A stretch of DNA of 44,065 bases. It comes from Octopus bimaculoides. Taxonomy: Eukaryota. The position numbers and the translations under genes were made by a program. The notes under the pieces were generated by a model, which saw only the letters and a program-made list of their open reading frames with translations, was not told where the DNA came from and did not search any database. Shown in pieces: positions 1 to 11,619 of this stretch. The first letter of the stretch is position 1. The number at the start of each line of letters is the position of its first letter. Location of the stretch: positions 148,426,385-148,470,449 of the forward strand of contig NC_068982.1 of the NCBI RefSeq assembly GCF_001194135.2, read 5' to 3'.

Positions 1-270
1 GATGGGTGTTTTGCTCAACATTCTTAAACAAACCTTATTCAGGGACCTTTTGAACGGGATGGGCTACTCGACCTGAAGAAAATTCTAACTGGGCCCCACC
101 TGCGAGGTCATGTGCTGTTTATCTTGATATGAGATCACTATGTCGTGCACATATGGTTGTGATGCATGTGCCTGGTGTACCCTTATCAGACGGGTATTCA
201 TGATGGGTATATTGGGCTTCGTGTATTTTACCCTAGTGTCACTTTGATGGCATGCACTGCTCTCTCACTC

Positions 271-309
<39 letters not shown>
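1..309 (+). mobile_element. Probable 3' UTR of a non-LTR retrotransposon ending in an (AAT)13 tail
   Basis: Complex non-coding sequence ending abruptly in a perfect (AAT)n at 271-309. Recognised as a recurrent octopus repeat; family not verifiable here. Confidence 0.5.
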
Positions 310-3000
310 TGCCAGTCACAATAAAAACACTGATAATTGTGCAACCTGATATTTGCTACCTCATAATGAGTGACAATGAAAAGACAAAATATTGGGAATA
401 ACAGTGCTAACGAAAATGAAGCCCTTCATGGTGACAGTGTTGCACCCGGCAGGCTCCGAGATACTGGTCAGGCTCCAGCCTGTCGTTATCCAGCAATGGA
501 CCAGCACACAGTCAATACTGTGGCCATGGAGTGTTACTACCTGAACAACCTGTAGATGAAAAAGGTGTTCATATTAGGGGATACCGATAACGTATGTATG
601 ATCAATGGAGAGAAAGGATTGTTTCAAATCACAGAAGAGAGATTATGTGATCAAGCTAGAGCGATAAGAAAAAATCATTGGTTCACAGAAGTAGAGCTTG
701 AAGCTATCAAAGAAATGGGTGCTGGAGAATAGCAGCAGAGGAAACAATGAAAATACAGTTTTTACTGATAAAAGTAATCTCATAACAGAAAACAGAGCTG
801 AGATCTCTAATTAACCACAGGAAAGGAACAGTGATAGCTTGCTCAATGAGAGACATATAGATGGTTTGGAAGAAGACAATAAAACTAATGGTGACATGAC
901 AGATGGGCAAAAGGCAATTTACAACAGAACAAAGCCAAGACTACAGGAGAACGATAGCAACATTATTTGCCACCTTAAAAAGGTTGATCAGTGGAAATTG
1001 AATCAAGAAACGAAAAATGTGAATGAAATTCTGAAATACATCAGAACAAAAAAGATCACAGAATCAAATAATTTGATGAAGGCAGCAAGTATTGTTGTAG
1101 CAGAAAACGTGTGTGATGATGTCAAGAAAAAGAAATATAATGGGAGTGACAAAAGAAAAGATCCATGGTAGAAAAGAAGAATACAGGCAGGGCTAGACAT
1201 GCTCTCGAAGGACATTTCTGTTTCAGATCGAAAAGAGAAGTGGTGGGGCTTGAAAGTGAACAAAAATACAGGACACTGAACAGGAAGTATGATATTAAAA
1301 GAAAAGGCCTGACAGTGGTAATGGAGGAATTGAAACAGCGCCTCGTTGCAAAGAAAGCAAAGATGGTAAGATATGACCAAAGAATGAAGAGATACCAGCA
1401 GAATAGATTATTCAGAGTAGATCAGAAGAGATTCTACAAAGAAATAAATGGAGAGTGTACAGATGAAAAGTTGACACCAGTTAACATTGAAAGTCAAAGG
1501 CTTTGGAGTGACATCTGGAGCAAAGACAAGGAGCACAAGAAAGATGCTTGAAGAGTTGCAAGAACTGAAGCAAACAGTGGACTGTCCACAACAGACAAAA
1601 CTAGTCATTTCAGTTAGCGAAGTGAAGAATATCAGCAAAAAAATTGGCAACTGGAGGCCTCGGGACCAGATGGAGTTCAAGATCAAAAGATTTGGTGAAT
1701 GTTATGCACAAATAGCTGCACAACTCTACACCTTGTCAAATGCCGACCAATTAACACCAGAGTGGCTGACAATGGGTAGAACAGTGCTGTGCTTGTAAAA
1801 CATCAAAAAAGATAATATGGTACACAAATACAGTCCGATATCTTGCTTGCTGCTTATGTGGAAATTATTGACTGGAATAGTCGCAGAGTCAAAAAATGGA
1901 GTCCTGCCACATGAGGAGAAGGGTTGCAAGCATAAGTGCAGAAGTACCAAAGATCACCTCCTGGTAAACAAAACTGTACTTAGAGACTGCAAGATGAGTA
2001 AAACTAACTTAGCTATGTCATAGATCGATTATTGTAAGGCATACGATATGATCCCTCATTCTTGGATTATGAAATGTATGAACCTATTTGGTATTGTATC
2101 GAATGTTGAGTGATTGCTTGGAAAATGTATGGTGAAGTGGAGGATGAAATTGACAGCATATGGAAGAAGTTTAGGGACAATAGAAATCAGGAGAGGCATC
2201 TTTCAAGGTGACTGCCTGTCCCCACTGATCTTTGTACAGTGCATTATACCACTAACACTTTCAGAGGAAAGTAAAGGCTGGGTATGTATTCAAGGGCTGC
2301 CAACTAAAAGTCAACCACGCCCTAGTCAGTTCCCTCATTGATATGGTGTATACCTTCAGTGCTGATATCAGAATGGAGTTCAGACTGAAAAAGTGTGGTG
2401 TGTTAGTCTTGAAGAGAGGAAAAATTAAATGCATGATGCTGTCAGGGGAGGTTATGAAGCAAATAGAAGAGACAGGCTATAAGTACTTAGGGATATTGGA
2501 AATGGATAAACTGATGGAGAAAGAAATGACAGAAAAATCTAAGGTGGGGTATTTGTGCAGACTGAGACTGATCCTTAAATAAAAATTAAATGAACGGAAT
2601 AAGATTGAAGCTATCAACACCTGGGCAATTTCACTCCTTAGATATGTAGCAGGGGTAATCGCAATGACAGTAGATGAACTAAACAGCTTAGACAGAAAGA
2701 CAAGGACGTTGCTGACGAGATATGGGATACTCTGTTCAAAAGGTGATACAGACAGACTGCATCTACCAAGAAAAATAGAGGAGAGAGGATGTGAACACAG
2801 CATTAGAGCAGAAGAAAACAACATAGTGTGGTATATAAAAAATACCACAGAATCGCTATTATTGGAAGTAAGAAGTCAGGCTTGTGTAGAATGGAAGATT
2901 GCAAAGATAAAGCACTGTACAAGCACCTGAGAATGAATGAAACTGAAAATAGGTGGATAAAGAAAAGAATGCCTCATATATGACAGAGTTTATTACCCTG
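310..3000 (+). mobile_element. Decayed R4/Dong-clade (RLE-type) non-LTR retrotransposon, N-terminal domain plus RT, 3' end missing
   Basis: Frameshifted ORF pieces carry clade-typical motifs: [23 protein letters not shown] (526-710), RLFRVDQKRFY, GRTVLCL, YSPISCLLLMWKLLTGI, NLAMS.IDYCKAYDMIPHSWI, IRRGIFQGDCLSPLIF, YKYLGILE, NKIEAINTWA, LDRKTR, DTDRLHLPRK. The catalytic xMDD segment appears deleted near 2320 (KVNH runs directly into SLIDMVYTFS). Confidence 0.9.
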
Positions 3001-3024
3001 CTCTGGTCAAGCGGACAAGCTCGA

Positions 3025-3187
3025 CAATGATGATGATCATCATCATCATGAGCATCATGGTCATGAGGCAACAGTCATGACAACAAAGATTTTGTGGATG
3101 ACAACTACAGTGGTGGTGATGGTGGTGGTGCTGCAGATGGTGATGGCGGAAGTGGTGGTGGTGGTGGTGGTAATAACGATGATGATA

Positions 3188-3221
<34 letters not shown>

Positions 3222-3240
3222 CTATGATGACTATGATGGT
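3025..3240. repeat. Compound (ATG)/(GTG)/(CAT) trinucleotide microsatellite
   Basis: Directly visible; explains ORFs 2859-3071 and 3077-3268. Confidence 0.95.
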
Positions 3241-3279
3241 GGGCTTTAAAAAGGAAAGGCTAGAATAATGTAATTAGAA

Positions 3280-3375
3280 TTATAAAAAGGTGGGATGGTC
3301 ATGATTGGAATGCCATTGATCATAGTTGTGTATGACTAGAGCTTACCCTGGATAAACAACAACAACAACAACAGT
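3280..3375 (-). repeat. Old interspersed repeat 'family F' fragment
   Basis: ggtgggatggtcatgattggaatgccattgatcatag matches the reverse complement of a module recurring at ~4620, 5965, 20200, 24370, 38070 and 41790. Confidence 0.55.
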
Positions 3376-4318
3376 TTCAATTGATTTTCAGTGAATTCTT
3401 ATACATATATTTCTTTGTATTCATTCAATAATATTTGTTTGAAAACACAGCAGAAGATCTCAACACTTATATGCACCTACACAAACTTATGTGTGTGTAT
3501 GCACATGTCTGTATGTGCATACATGCATACACATTGCATGCTTGAGTTCTTTATATGCTTGCAGTGAAATACAAAGACAGTGGAGCAACTAAACAACAAA
3601 TAAATAAGGGAATAAAAACAGAAGTAAATGTCAAAGAGATAGGCATCAAGTTCAAACACAGCTTGCTGCCAAGGATTAGCTTAAGTAATCTGACACAGTG
3701 TAAGGATCTAAAGATGGAAGCTGAACAGCCTTAGGATTATTCTCATCAAGTCAATAGCTTGGTTATTAATGACAGCAGCTGACTAAAGTGTCTTGCAGAC
3801 ATATGGATAATCTGATTTTAGAAACCTACTTGAAGAGAAACCTGGAAGAAGCAGGAAGCGAGAGTAAGAAAGAGAAAATTAGATAGGAAGAAATTAGAAA
3901 GAGATATATTAGAGAAAGAAAGATGTATTAGAGTTGGATAGATAAAGAAAATTAGAGACACAGACAGAAGGAAATTAGATTATGGTAAATAGAGAAAAGG
4001 AAGTAGAGAAGGAAACATGGAGATAAATTAGAGTAAGAATGAAAGTGATTAATCTAGGGTGGGAGAGATAGCAAGAAATTACAGTGGGATAAATAGAGAA
4101 AAAGAGGTTAGAGAGGGATTGATAAAGAGAAATGGTTTTGCATTGCCATACCATGGAGTCCTCAAGTCTTGATAGATTATAGGAGCAATATTGTTCACAA
4201 CAAACCTTATATCTTGGGCGTCTAAACCAGGTGGAGGTCCAACCTTTCCAGATCCAAACATGGATGATTCCTCCACCTCTTCCTTTTTTTTCTTCTTCAT
4301 TAGAAAAGATAGAAAAAA

Positions 4319-4322
<4 letters not shown>

Positions 4323-4412
<90 letters not shown>
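4323..4412. repeat. (AG)n microsatellite within a purine-rich low-complexity tract (3845-4520)
   Basis: Directly visible. Confidence 0.98.
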
Positions 4413-4415
<3 letters not shown>

Positions 4416-4554
4416 TTGTAGTGAAAAGGGAAGAGATAAATTTGAGTGTGATGAATTAGGAAAGATAGAGAGAATTAGAGTGCGAGGTATAGAGTGGAAA
4501 AAGAAATAATGAAAAGAAAAGTCAGTGGATCAGAAAAACCAGCCTGGAGAATAG

Positions 4555-4955
4555 TATTGACTGCTATTTCTAACAAGCAGGTTGAGTGTTCACATAGAGT
4601 TTCTCATTGGTTCTTTTGTATTTGTATTTGATGTTGTTGTTTATCTTCAGGGTAGTTCTGATCCAGGAGACCTACAGTCAAAATTTTTCTAGCAATGATC
4701 AGTTCATCTAAATGCAACAAGACTAAAATTTGACAATGTGTTCTTCTCTTTTAAAAATTGGTAGTATGTGATATGATATAAAATTTGTCTACTATTTCCA
4801 GAATGATCGAGTAGAGGCTTTATCAAGGGCTTTAGATTTTTCTTTATGTTTCTTGTTTAGCTCCAGGTCATCCTTGATTGAACAGATTTGTGATAAACGA
4901 CATATCACCCGAGGTCTTTATATATTTTTTTACAGTTATCTAGGATTATGTCATC
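4555..4955 (+). repeat. Degraded family F copies
   Basis: Motifs gctatttctaac..gag and ccaggtca..ctga....cagac/t..tgat are shared with other family F copies. Confidence 0.45.
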
Positions 4956-4959
4956 TATT

Positions 4960-5334
4960 ATTCTTTTATTCTTTTAATAGTTTTAGTCATTTGACTGTGG
5001 CCACGCTGGAGCACTGCCTTTAGTCAAACAAATTGATCCCCAGGACTTATTCTTTGTAAGCCTAGTTTTTATTCCATTGATCTCTTTTGCCAAACTGCTA
5101 AGTTACAATGGTGAGGGGACAAACACAGATGCACAAACATATACACACACACACATATATATGTATGTATATACGATGGGCTTCTTTCAGTTTCCATCTA
5201 CAAAATCTTTTCATAAGGCTTTTGTCAGCCTGAGGCTATAGTAGAAGACACATGCCCAAGGTGCCATGCAGTGGAACTGAACCAGAAACCATATGGTTGG
5301 TAAGCAAGCTATATACCACATAGCCACTCCTGTG
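4960..5334 (-). mobile_element. tRNA-derived SINE family A (bipartite, internal TA/TG microsatellite)
   Basis: Reverse complement of the copy at 6431: head with A/B-box-like motifs, ttgggcaagtgtcttctactatag core, and (aaaagaata)n-type tail. Confidence 0.9.
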
Positions 5335-5964
5335 TCTATGTTCATTTTATTTTTAAGGTGTTATGGATGTCTTTGAGGTAGAGTTGGTTGCCATTTCTAA
5401 CAGATTGAGTGGCCATGTAGAAGCTGACTTGCAGAATCATGCTTCTACTGCTGTTGGTGATGAAATGCATTAGTCAATACTAATGCACCTAATCAAACAC
5501 AATTTACTCACAAGCAAATTTCTTCTTCCATAGCAATGGGTCACCCCACCACTAATATTTTGGATGAAAATGGTTAGATGGAAACTGTATGGTGGTCTTT
5601 TAAATTGTCTACACCTATAATTCAAGTTTGTCACAACTATTGTCATATTCCATTATGCCTGAAGATTATGTTAAATGTACACATTTGTGAAATACTTGAC
5701 CACTTACATGCTAATTCAGTAGTCTAGTTGATTGAACAACTGGTATACTCATTATTGAAACTAATAGAAGATCCTTATATTGGTAATACTCTATTGAGTA
5801 TTCCATCTCGAAGCATCTGGCAACATTTGAATTTAAAATCTTAAATTAGTGTAGCTAACATTTTAAACATGAGTTTGTTGAGAAACCTGAGCTACTGCTG
5901 TGAGCTGGTAGAATAAAATCAGAGAAGTATCATTGCTTAGTAGAGGGAATTGTTTGTATTTTTT

Positions 5965-6175
5965 AGCATTCAGTTAGCCATGACTGTCTAAACTTGCAAT
6001 CAAAGGCATTCAAGTCATAATTATCCCATCTTATTCAGGTGTAGAGAATCTAGGGTTACACTAGGCAACAGTCTTTTCCTGTTTTTAGGATAATAAAGTA
6101 TAATTTGTAAGAGATTTCATTTGGCTGCTATATCTGCAGATCAAACAATAACTCAGAAGCTCTTTCTTTGATTCG
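5965..6175 (+). repeat. Family F copy
   Basis: caaaggcattcaagtcata..atcccatc and atttggctgctatatctgcag motifs. Confidence 0.55.
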
Positions 6176-6430
6176 GATATGTAGGGTTGTCTCAAATACA
6201 ATGTGTTGTCTGGTACAGCCGAGATTACTTCGTGGGAGACATATTGTTAAATGACAGTTATAAATGTTTATGCAAAAGACGGCTGTGATATCAATAGTCT
6301 TGCAAACTCAAAAGACTGTACTGGGATATACACTACCATTAATAAATATAAAGTAACAGCAAACTATCAGATTCTCATTGAGTTCACCTTTCCTGTCTTT
6401 GTTGTGGTCAGAACCAAACAGAAAATATAC

Positions 6431-6994
6431 AGGCGCAGGAGTGGCTGTGTGGTAAGTAGCTTGCCCACCAACCACATGGTTCCGGGTTCAGTCCCACTGC
6501 GTGGCACCTTGGGCAAGTGTCTTCTACTATAGCCTCGGGCTGACCAAAGCCTTGTCAGTGGATTTGGTAGATGGAAACTGAAAGAAGCCCGTCATATATA
6601 TATGTATATATATANNNNNNNNNNNNNNNNNNNNNNNNNNNNNNNNNNNNNNNNNNNNNNNNNNNNNNNNNNNNNNNNNNNNNNNNNNNNNNNNNNNNNN
6701 NNNNNNNNNNNNNNNNNNNNNNNNNNNNNNNNNNNNNNNNNNNNNNNNNNNNNNNNNNNNNNNNNNNNNNNNNNNNNNNNNNNNNNNNNNNNNGTTTGTC
6801 CCCACCAACATCGCTTGACAACCGATGCTGGTGTGTTTACATCCCCATAACTTAGCGGTTCGGCAAGAGAGAACCGATAGAATAAGTACTAGGCTTACAA
6901 AGAATAAGTCCTGGGGGCGATTTGCTCGACTAAAGGCGTTGCTCCAGCATGGCCTCAGTCAAATGACTGAAACAAATAAAAGAATAAAAGAATG
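6431..6994 (+). mobile_element. SINE family A, full length, N-gap (6615-6793) in its internal microsatellite
   Basis: ggcgcaggagtggctgtgtggt (A box) and ggttcagtccc (B-box-like); conserved 3' half gtttgtcccc..aataagtactagg..gctccagcatggcc..gactgaaac. Confidence 0.92.
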
Positions 6995-7300
6995 AAAAAA
7001 GAAGTAGATGGGAAGATGGAGAGAGTGCACCATCATTCACGTTAGATTATAGAGAAGGGTCCTCAGTTAGCTAAAATCATTCATAAAACTCAGAAGATTA
7101 ACTGTTATTTGTACGTATTGTATGTTCTGCTATAGATCTGCAAGTTAGGGCTCACAACATGTCAGTTAATCAACATGTGCTATAATATTAACTAATTAGA
7201 AATTCCATTAATACTAGTTGGCAACTACATTATCCAGCACACTCTTTATTAAATCTTTGAACAATTATCTTTTTGAATATAGCTTTCATTTAGTATGGCA

Positions 7301-7531
7301 TAACCCTTTTGATACCAGCCTGCCTGACAACTTCTCATCATGTTTCTGTGATACAAACTTTTTGTTTGAAAGTTATCTAAACTAAAATCTTCTCGCAAAA
7401 TTTCATGTTAATACATGTCCTAAATACCAAGTTAATGGCAAAGTTATTTTATTAAACACTTCATTATGTTCAAATTTAATTTAAAACAAACAATAGTGTA
7501 TTTCAACAAAAATATGGAAACAAAAGGATTA
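7301..7531 (-). mobile_element. Non-autonomous DNA transposon (piggyBac-like MITE)
   Basis: Termini taaccctttt / aaaaggatta form an imperfect TIR of TTAA-CCC type. Reverse-complement homolog at 32925-33152. Confidence 0.6.
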
Positions 7532-8073
7532 TTTCTAATCATTTGTTTAAAAATATGCTTTTGACTTTCAAATTAAATGTAGTCTTTTTATTTGAGGGAT
7601 CTATTTGCATTTTACATGTGATAAAACTGCATTTGCTATTTTTCTAGTCACTTGTATTTCACTGAAATAATTTTTTTTAGTCATTTATATTTCATTCTAA
7701 CACAGAAGTTTTACAGAACTTTGAAGAGCACAGTTTTAAAGAATACATTAATTGTGACTTCTCTAAACAAACATAAGGCAATATTAGATCAACTGGAAAA
7801 AGACAGCTTGAGGAAACAATGCCAACATAATACAGATCAATCTTCACAGGAGCATTTTCCTCATTATCTTTTCTTTTATTTTCTCTATGATGTACATTGT
7901 CTAGTTATAATTATTCTACTAGCCTCAATCTATCTGTCTGACAAACAGCTGGTACTTTTATGAAATGGCAAGTGTATTATCTATTTTAGAAATGTTTGGC
8001 TACCAGAATACTTTCTCAAACATTATACAAATGTCTAATGCATAGTTACTTACATATGTACACAAACATACTT

Positions 8074-8108
<35 letters not shown>

Positions 8109-8144
8109 CACATAGAGAGAGAGAGAGAAACATAAAGATATATA

Positions 8145-8370
8145 TTACTGCCAGTACCGCCTGACTGGCCTTCGTGCGGTTGACACGTAAAAGCACACAC
8201 TACACTCTCTGAGTGGTTGGCGTTAGGAAGGGCATCCAGCTGTAGAAACTCTGCCAAATCAGATTGGAGCCTGGTGTTGCCATCTGGTTTCACCAGTCCT
8301 CAGTCAAATCGGCCAACCCATGCTAGCATGGAAAGCGGACATTAAACAATGATGATGATGATGATGATGA
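8145..8370 (+). mobile_element. RTE 3'-end-derived element (family C) with (ATG)n tail
   Basis: gagtggttggcgttaggaagggcatccagctgtagaaac..ccaacccatgctagcatggaaa..(gat)n; homologous to the 3' end of the RTE at 10020-10198. Confidence 0.88.
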
Positions 8371-8681
8371 ATATGAAGTAAATCTTCAAAATTAAACCAA
8401 AGAGAAGAGGACTGTCAAGGAAAACATTTTTGTTGGCAATCTCCAGTCTGCTAGAGAGAAAGCTTATTTTCAGACAAATCTTCAGCTGAGGTTTGAGGAT
8501 CACACCTTTCTAACTTATACTATTCCAGAAGGAATATCTAAACACCATCATGATGCAGTCCTCTGAAGATATCTTTGAGTTTTCCATTAAAAACAAGAAG
8601 GCTGGTTTGATGAAAGCAATCAGGAGGGCCAGGATTTATTGGCTAATACGTTTTAACCTTTAACAACAACAACAACAATAG

Positions 8682-8919
8682 TGCTAATGAATTTTGATGA
8701 TGAATAGTCAATGAGAAAGAAGAAACTCTATTCCGCATGGAATTACATGGTCAGTTCCACCATGAAACTAACAGCTTAAAAGACCAGGAAACATCATGGA
8801 GGTGGCTCAGTAGGGGGAGGGGGCTTAAAAGGAAGACTGGAAGTTTAATCCTCACTGCCCAGGATCAGGCATTAAATACCAACTCAATGAAAAGGGATAT
8901 ATATCACTCAAGTGTCAGT
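8682..8919 (+). mobile_element. R4/Dong-clade element, 5'-truncated copy, part 1 (post-RT linker)
   Basis: ELHGQF..SWRWL..G.LKRKTGSLILTAQDQALNTNSMK, the typical W.WL..G.LK..TE..I.AAQEQAL.TN motif. Preceded by (CAA)n. Confidence 0.85.
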
Positions 8920-10198
8920 AAGGTGAAGGTTAGCAATGGGTGTAGCAATGAATTCAAGTACAAGTCGGGGTTCACTAAGGATCAGTCCTCAGCCTCCTCT
9001 TGTTCATCATAGTCCATCAGTCAATAACAGGAATTTAAGATGGGCTGCCCCTGGGAGTTCCTCTATGCTAAAGACCTTGTTCGTATAGTCAAATCACTAC
9101 CAGAACCAGAGAAGAAATTTCAGACATGGAAGGAAGGTCTAGAATCAAAGAGCCTTAGAATTAATCTTGCAAAAACCAAAGTCTTAGTCAATATGAGAGC
9201 AGACAAATCACAAATCCCTTCAGATTGATGGGCCTGCTCAATCTGTAGAAAAGGCATGCTTCGAGAGCCTAAATGCAGGAATAAAAAATAGGCTGGGCAA
9301 AGTCCAGAGAACTCTTACGTCTATTGGTAATAAAAGGCCTCTCTCTCAGAGTGAAAGGCAGATTGTATGATGCATGTGTGTGAACAGCCCATGACAGTGA
9401 AACATGGGCTGTGATTGCCGAGGAAATGCATAGGCTTAAAAGAAATGAAGTTAGTATGCTCTGCTGGATGTGCAGTGTCAGTGTGCATGCATGGCAGAGT
9501 GTAACCATATTGGGAGAAAAGTTGGGAATAAGAGGCATCAGATGTGGTGTCCAAGAGAAACAACTGTGTTGGTATGGTCATGTGATATGTAATGGATGAA
9601 GACAGCTGTGTAAAGAAGTGCCAATCTCTAACTGTGGAGGAAACTTATGGAAGAGGTAGACCCAGGAAGACATGATGTGAGGTGGTGAAGCATGATATGA
9701 GGTGGTGAAGTATGATCTTCAACCGTTGGGACTCACGGAGGTGATGACAAGTGATTGAAACCTTTGGTGATATGCTGTGCTTGAGAAAACCCATCAAACC
9801 AAGTGAAATCATAGTCATGGCCAATGCCAGTGTCCTGTAATTGGCACCTGTGCCAGTAGCACATAAAAAGCATCCTTCAAATGTTGGGCCTCATGGAGCC
9901 AGTGACAAGTGATCGAGACCTTTGGTGATATACTGTGCTTGAGATCTGTCAAGCCAAGTGAGATAGTAGTTGTGGCCAATGCCAGTGTTATGTAACTTGC
10001 TGGTGGCATGTAGAAAGCACCCACTACACTCTTGGAGTGGTTGGCATTAGGAAGGGCATCCAGCTGTAGAAATCATGCCAAATCAGATTGGAACCTGGTG
10101 TAGCTTCCCAGCTTACCAGTTTTTCAGTCAAACTGGCCAACCCATGCCAACATGGAAAATGGATGTTAAATGATGATGATGATGATGATGATGATGAT
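8914..10198 (+). mobile_element. 5'-truncated RTE LINE (RT C-terminus plus 3' UTR and (GAT)n tail) nested in the R4 element
   Basis: VSKVKV..G..QGSVLS-like segment, GCPWEFLYAKDL (YADD mutated), INLAKTKVL, RLYDACV, WYGHV; 3' end homologous to family C. Confidence 0.9.
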
Positions 10199-10870
10199 GT
10201 GCAACGCACCTCTACAGAATGTGTGGGAAGAAGGTCAAAAGCATGACTCACATTGTTAGTGCTTGTGAAAGTCTTGCACAAAGAGAATATAAGTGCAGAC
10301 ATGACAATGTAGCCTCAAACCTTCACTGGCTACAATGCCGAAAGTATGGGCATGAGGTAGCGGGTGCTTGGTACAAACATACACTAGAAAGGGTAATAGA
10401 TGAAAAGGGAAAGTCAAAGATCCTCTGGGACTTTGACTTCCAGACAGACAAGGTGTTAGAGCACCGAAGGTCAGATATAGAAACCTTTAAGTGGTATGAG
10501 TAAGAGTGCCTAATAAATGATGTAGCAGTGCCAGGAAATCAATGTATGGTCATGAAAGAGAAAAGATTGATAAATATGAAGACTTGAGAATTGAGATCAC
10601 CAAGATGTGGCAGCTATGAGAGTCAAACATAAAGGTTGTCACTGTTGTCATGAGAGCATTAGATTCAATACCACCCAACCTGAAGAAACATCTGGAAACT
10701 TTAAAAATACCCTACAATCTAGGTGTATTGCAAAAAATTGGCTTTAACTGCATGCATATTCCATAAAGTACTGCCTGTCTGAAGTCCTTGTTGTGACTTG
10801 ACAGAGAGTACAAACCTCCACTAGACATAGTATTGGATAGATACTGTGTGATGTCTTCAATAATAACAAT
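10199..10870 (+). mobile_element. R4/Dong-clade element part 2: CCHC zinc knuckle, restriction-like endonuclease and 3' UTR
   Basis: RMCGKK..SMTHIVSACESLAQREYKCRHDNVA..LHW..C.KYG..WYKH..KILWDFDFQTDKVLEHRRSDI..DVAVP..EKIDKYEDL. Ends at aataataacaat. Confidence 0.9.
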
Positions 10871-10874
10871 TGTT

Positions 10875-11048
10875 TTAAAATTTGGGCTCAAGGACAGTGA
10901 TTTTAGGGGAAGGGGAATACTTGATTAGAACAACCCCAGTACTTGATTGGTACGTTATTTTAGCAACATGAAAAGGATAAAAGAAATAGCCAACCTCAGC
11001 AGAATTGAACTGAGAATACCAGAAGCTGGAAGAAGAACTCACTGCCTT
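10875..11048 (-). mobile_element. Degraded SINE family B
   Basis: Reverse complement shows ttctcagttcaattctgctgagg..aagtacc..ctggggttg..aatcaag..cccc. Confidence 0.6.
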
Positions 11049-11236
11049 AAATAATGATGCTGCTGCTGCTGATGATGATGACGATGATGATGACGACGAT
11101 GATGATGATAATGACGTGTATATATATATCGATTCATCTATCCATTTACATACGTATGTATTTACATATATATATGAAACCGGTCAAGTCAATAAACATC
11201 TCTAAAAGACCTTTGCATTTTCAAACCTTTCTTTCA

Positions 11237-11290
<54 letters not shown>

Positions 11291-11619
11291 CATTCTGCAC
11301 ACATTCACTCATATACACTCTCACATATCAATTTCAAGTGTAACTATTGGCCAACTGCTGGTGGCTTGTGTTTGCAAACACATTTTCAGAGGTCAAAAGG
11401 AATTCAAAGGAAAATTATGTAACATTTATAAAATCAAATTAGAGAAACATATTTCAAGGAAACAAAACAAAAACATAGCTTTTATAAATTATATTAGCAT
11501 TTAGATCCGAATATCTATATTGGTTAATGTGACCAGATTTGGAAAGTTAAATGTTGATTTTATAAAGGGTTCTTTTATTTGCTGGATCTGGAGAAAGGGT
11601 CAATAACCATGGTTTTTGC

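Noticed and set aside
839-2930. Series of plus-strand ORFs as host genes
   Set aside because: Frameshifted pieces of one dead R4/Dong retrotransposon.
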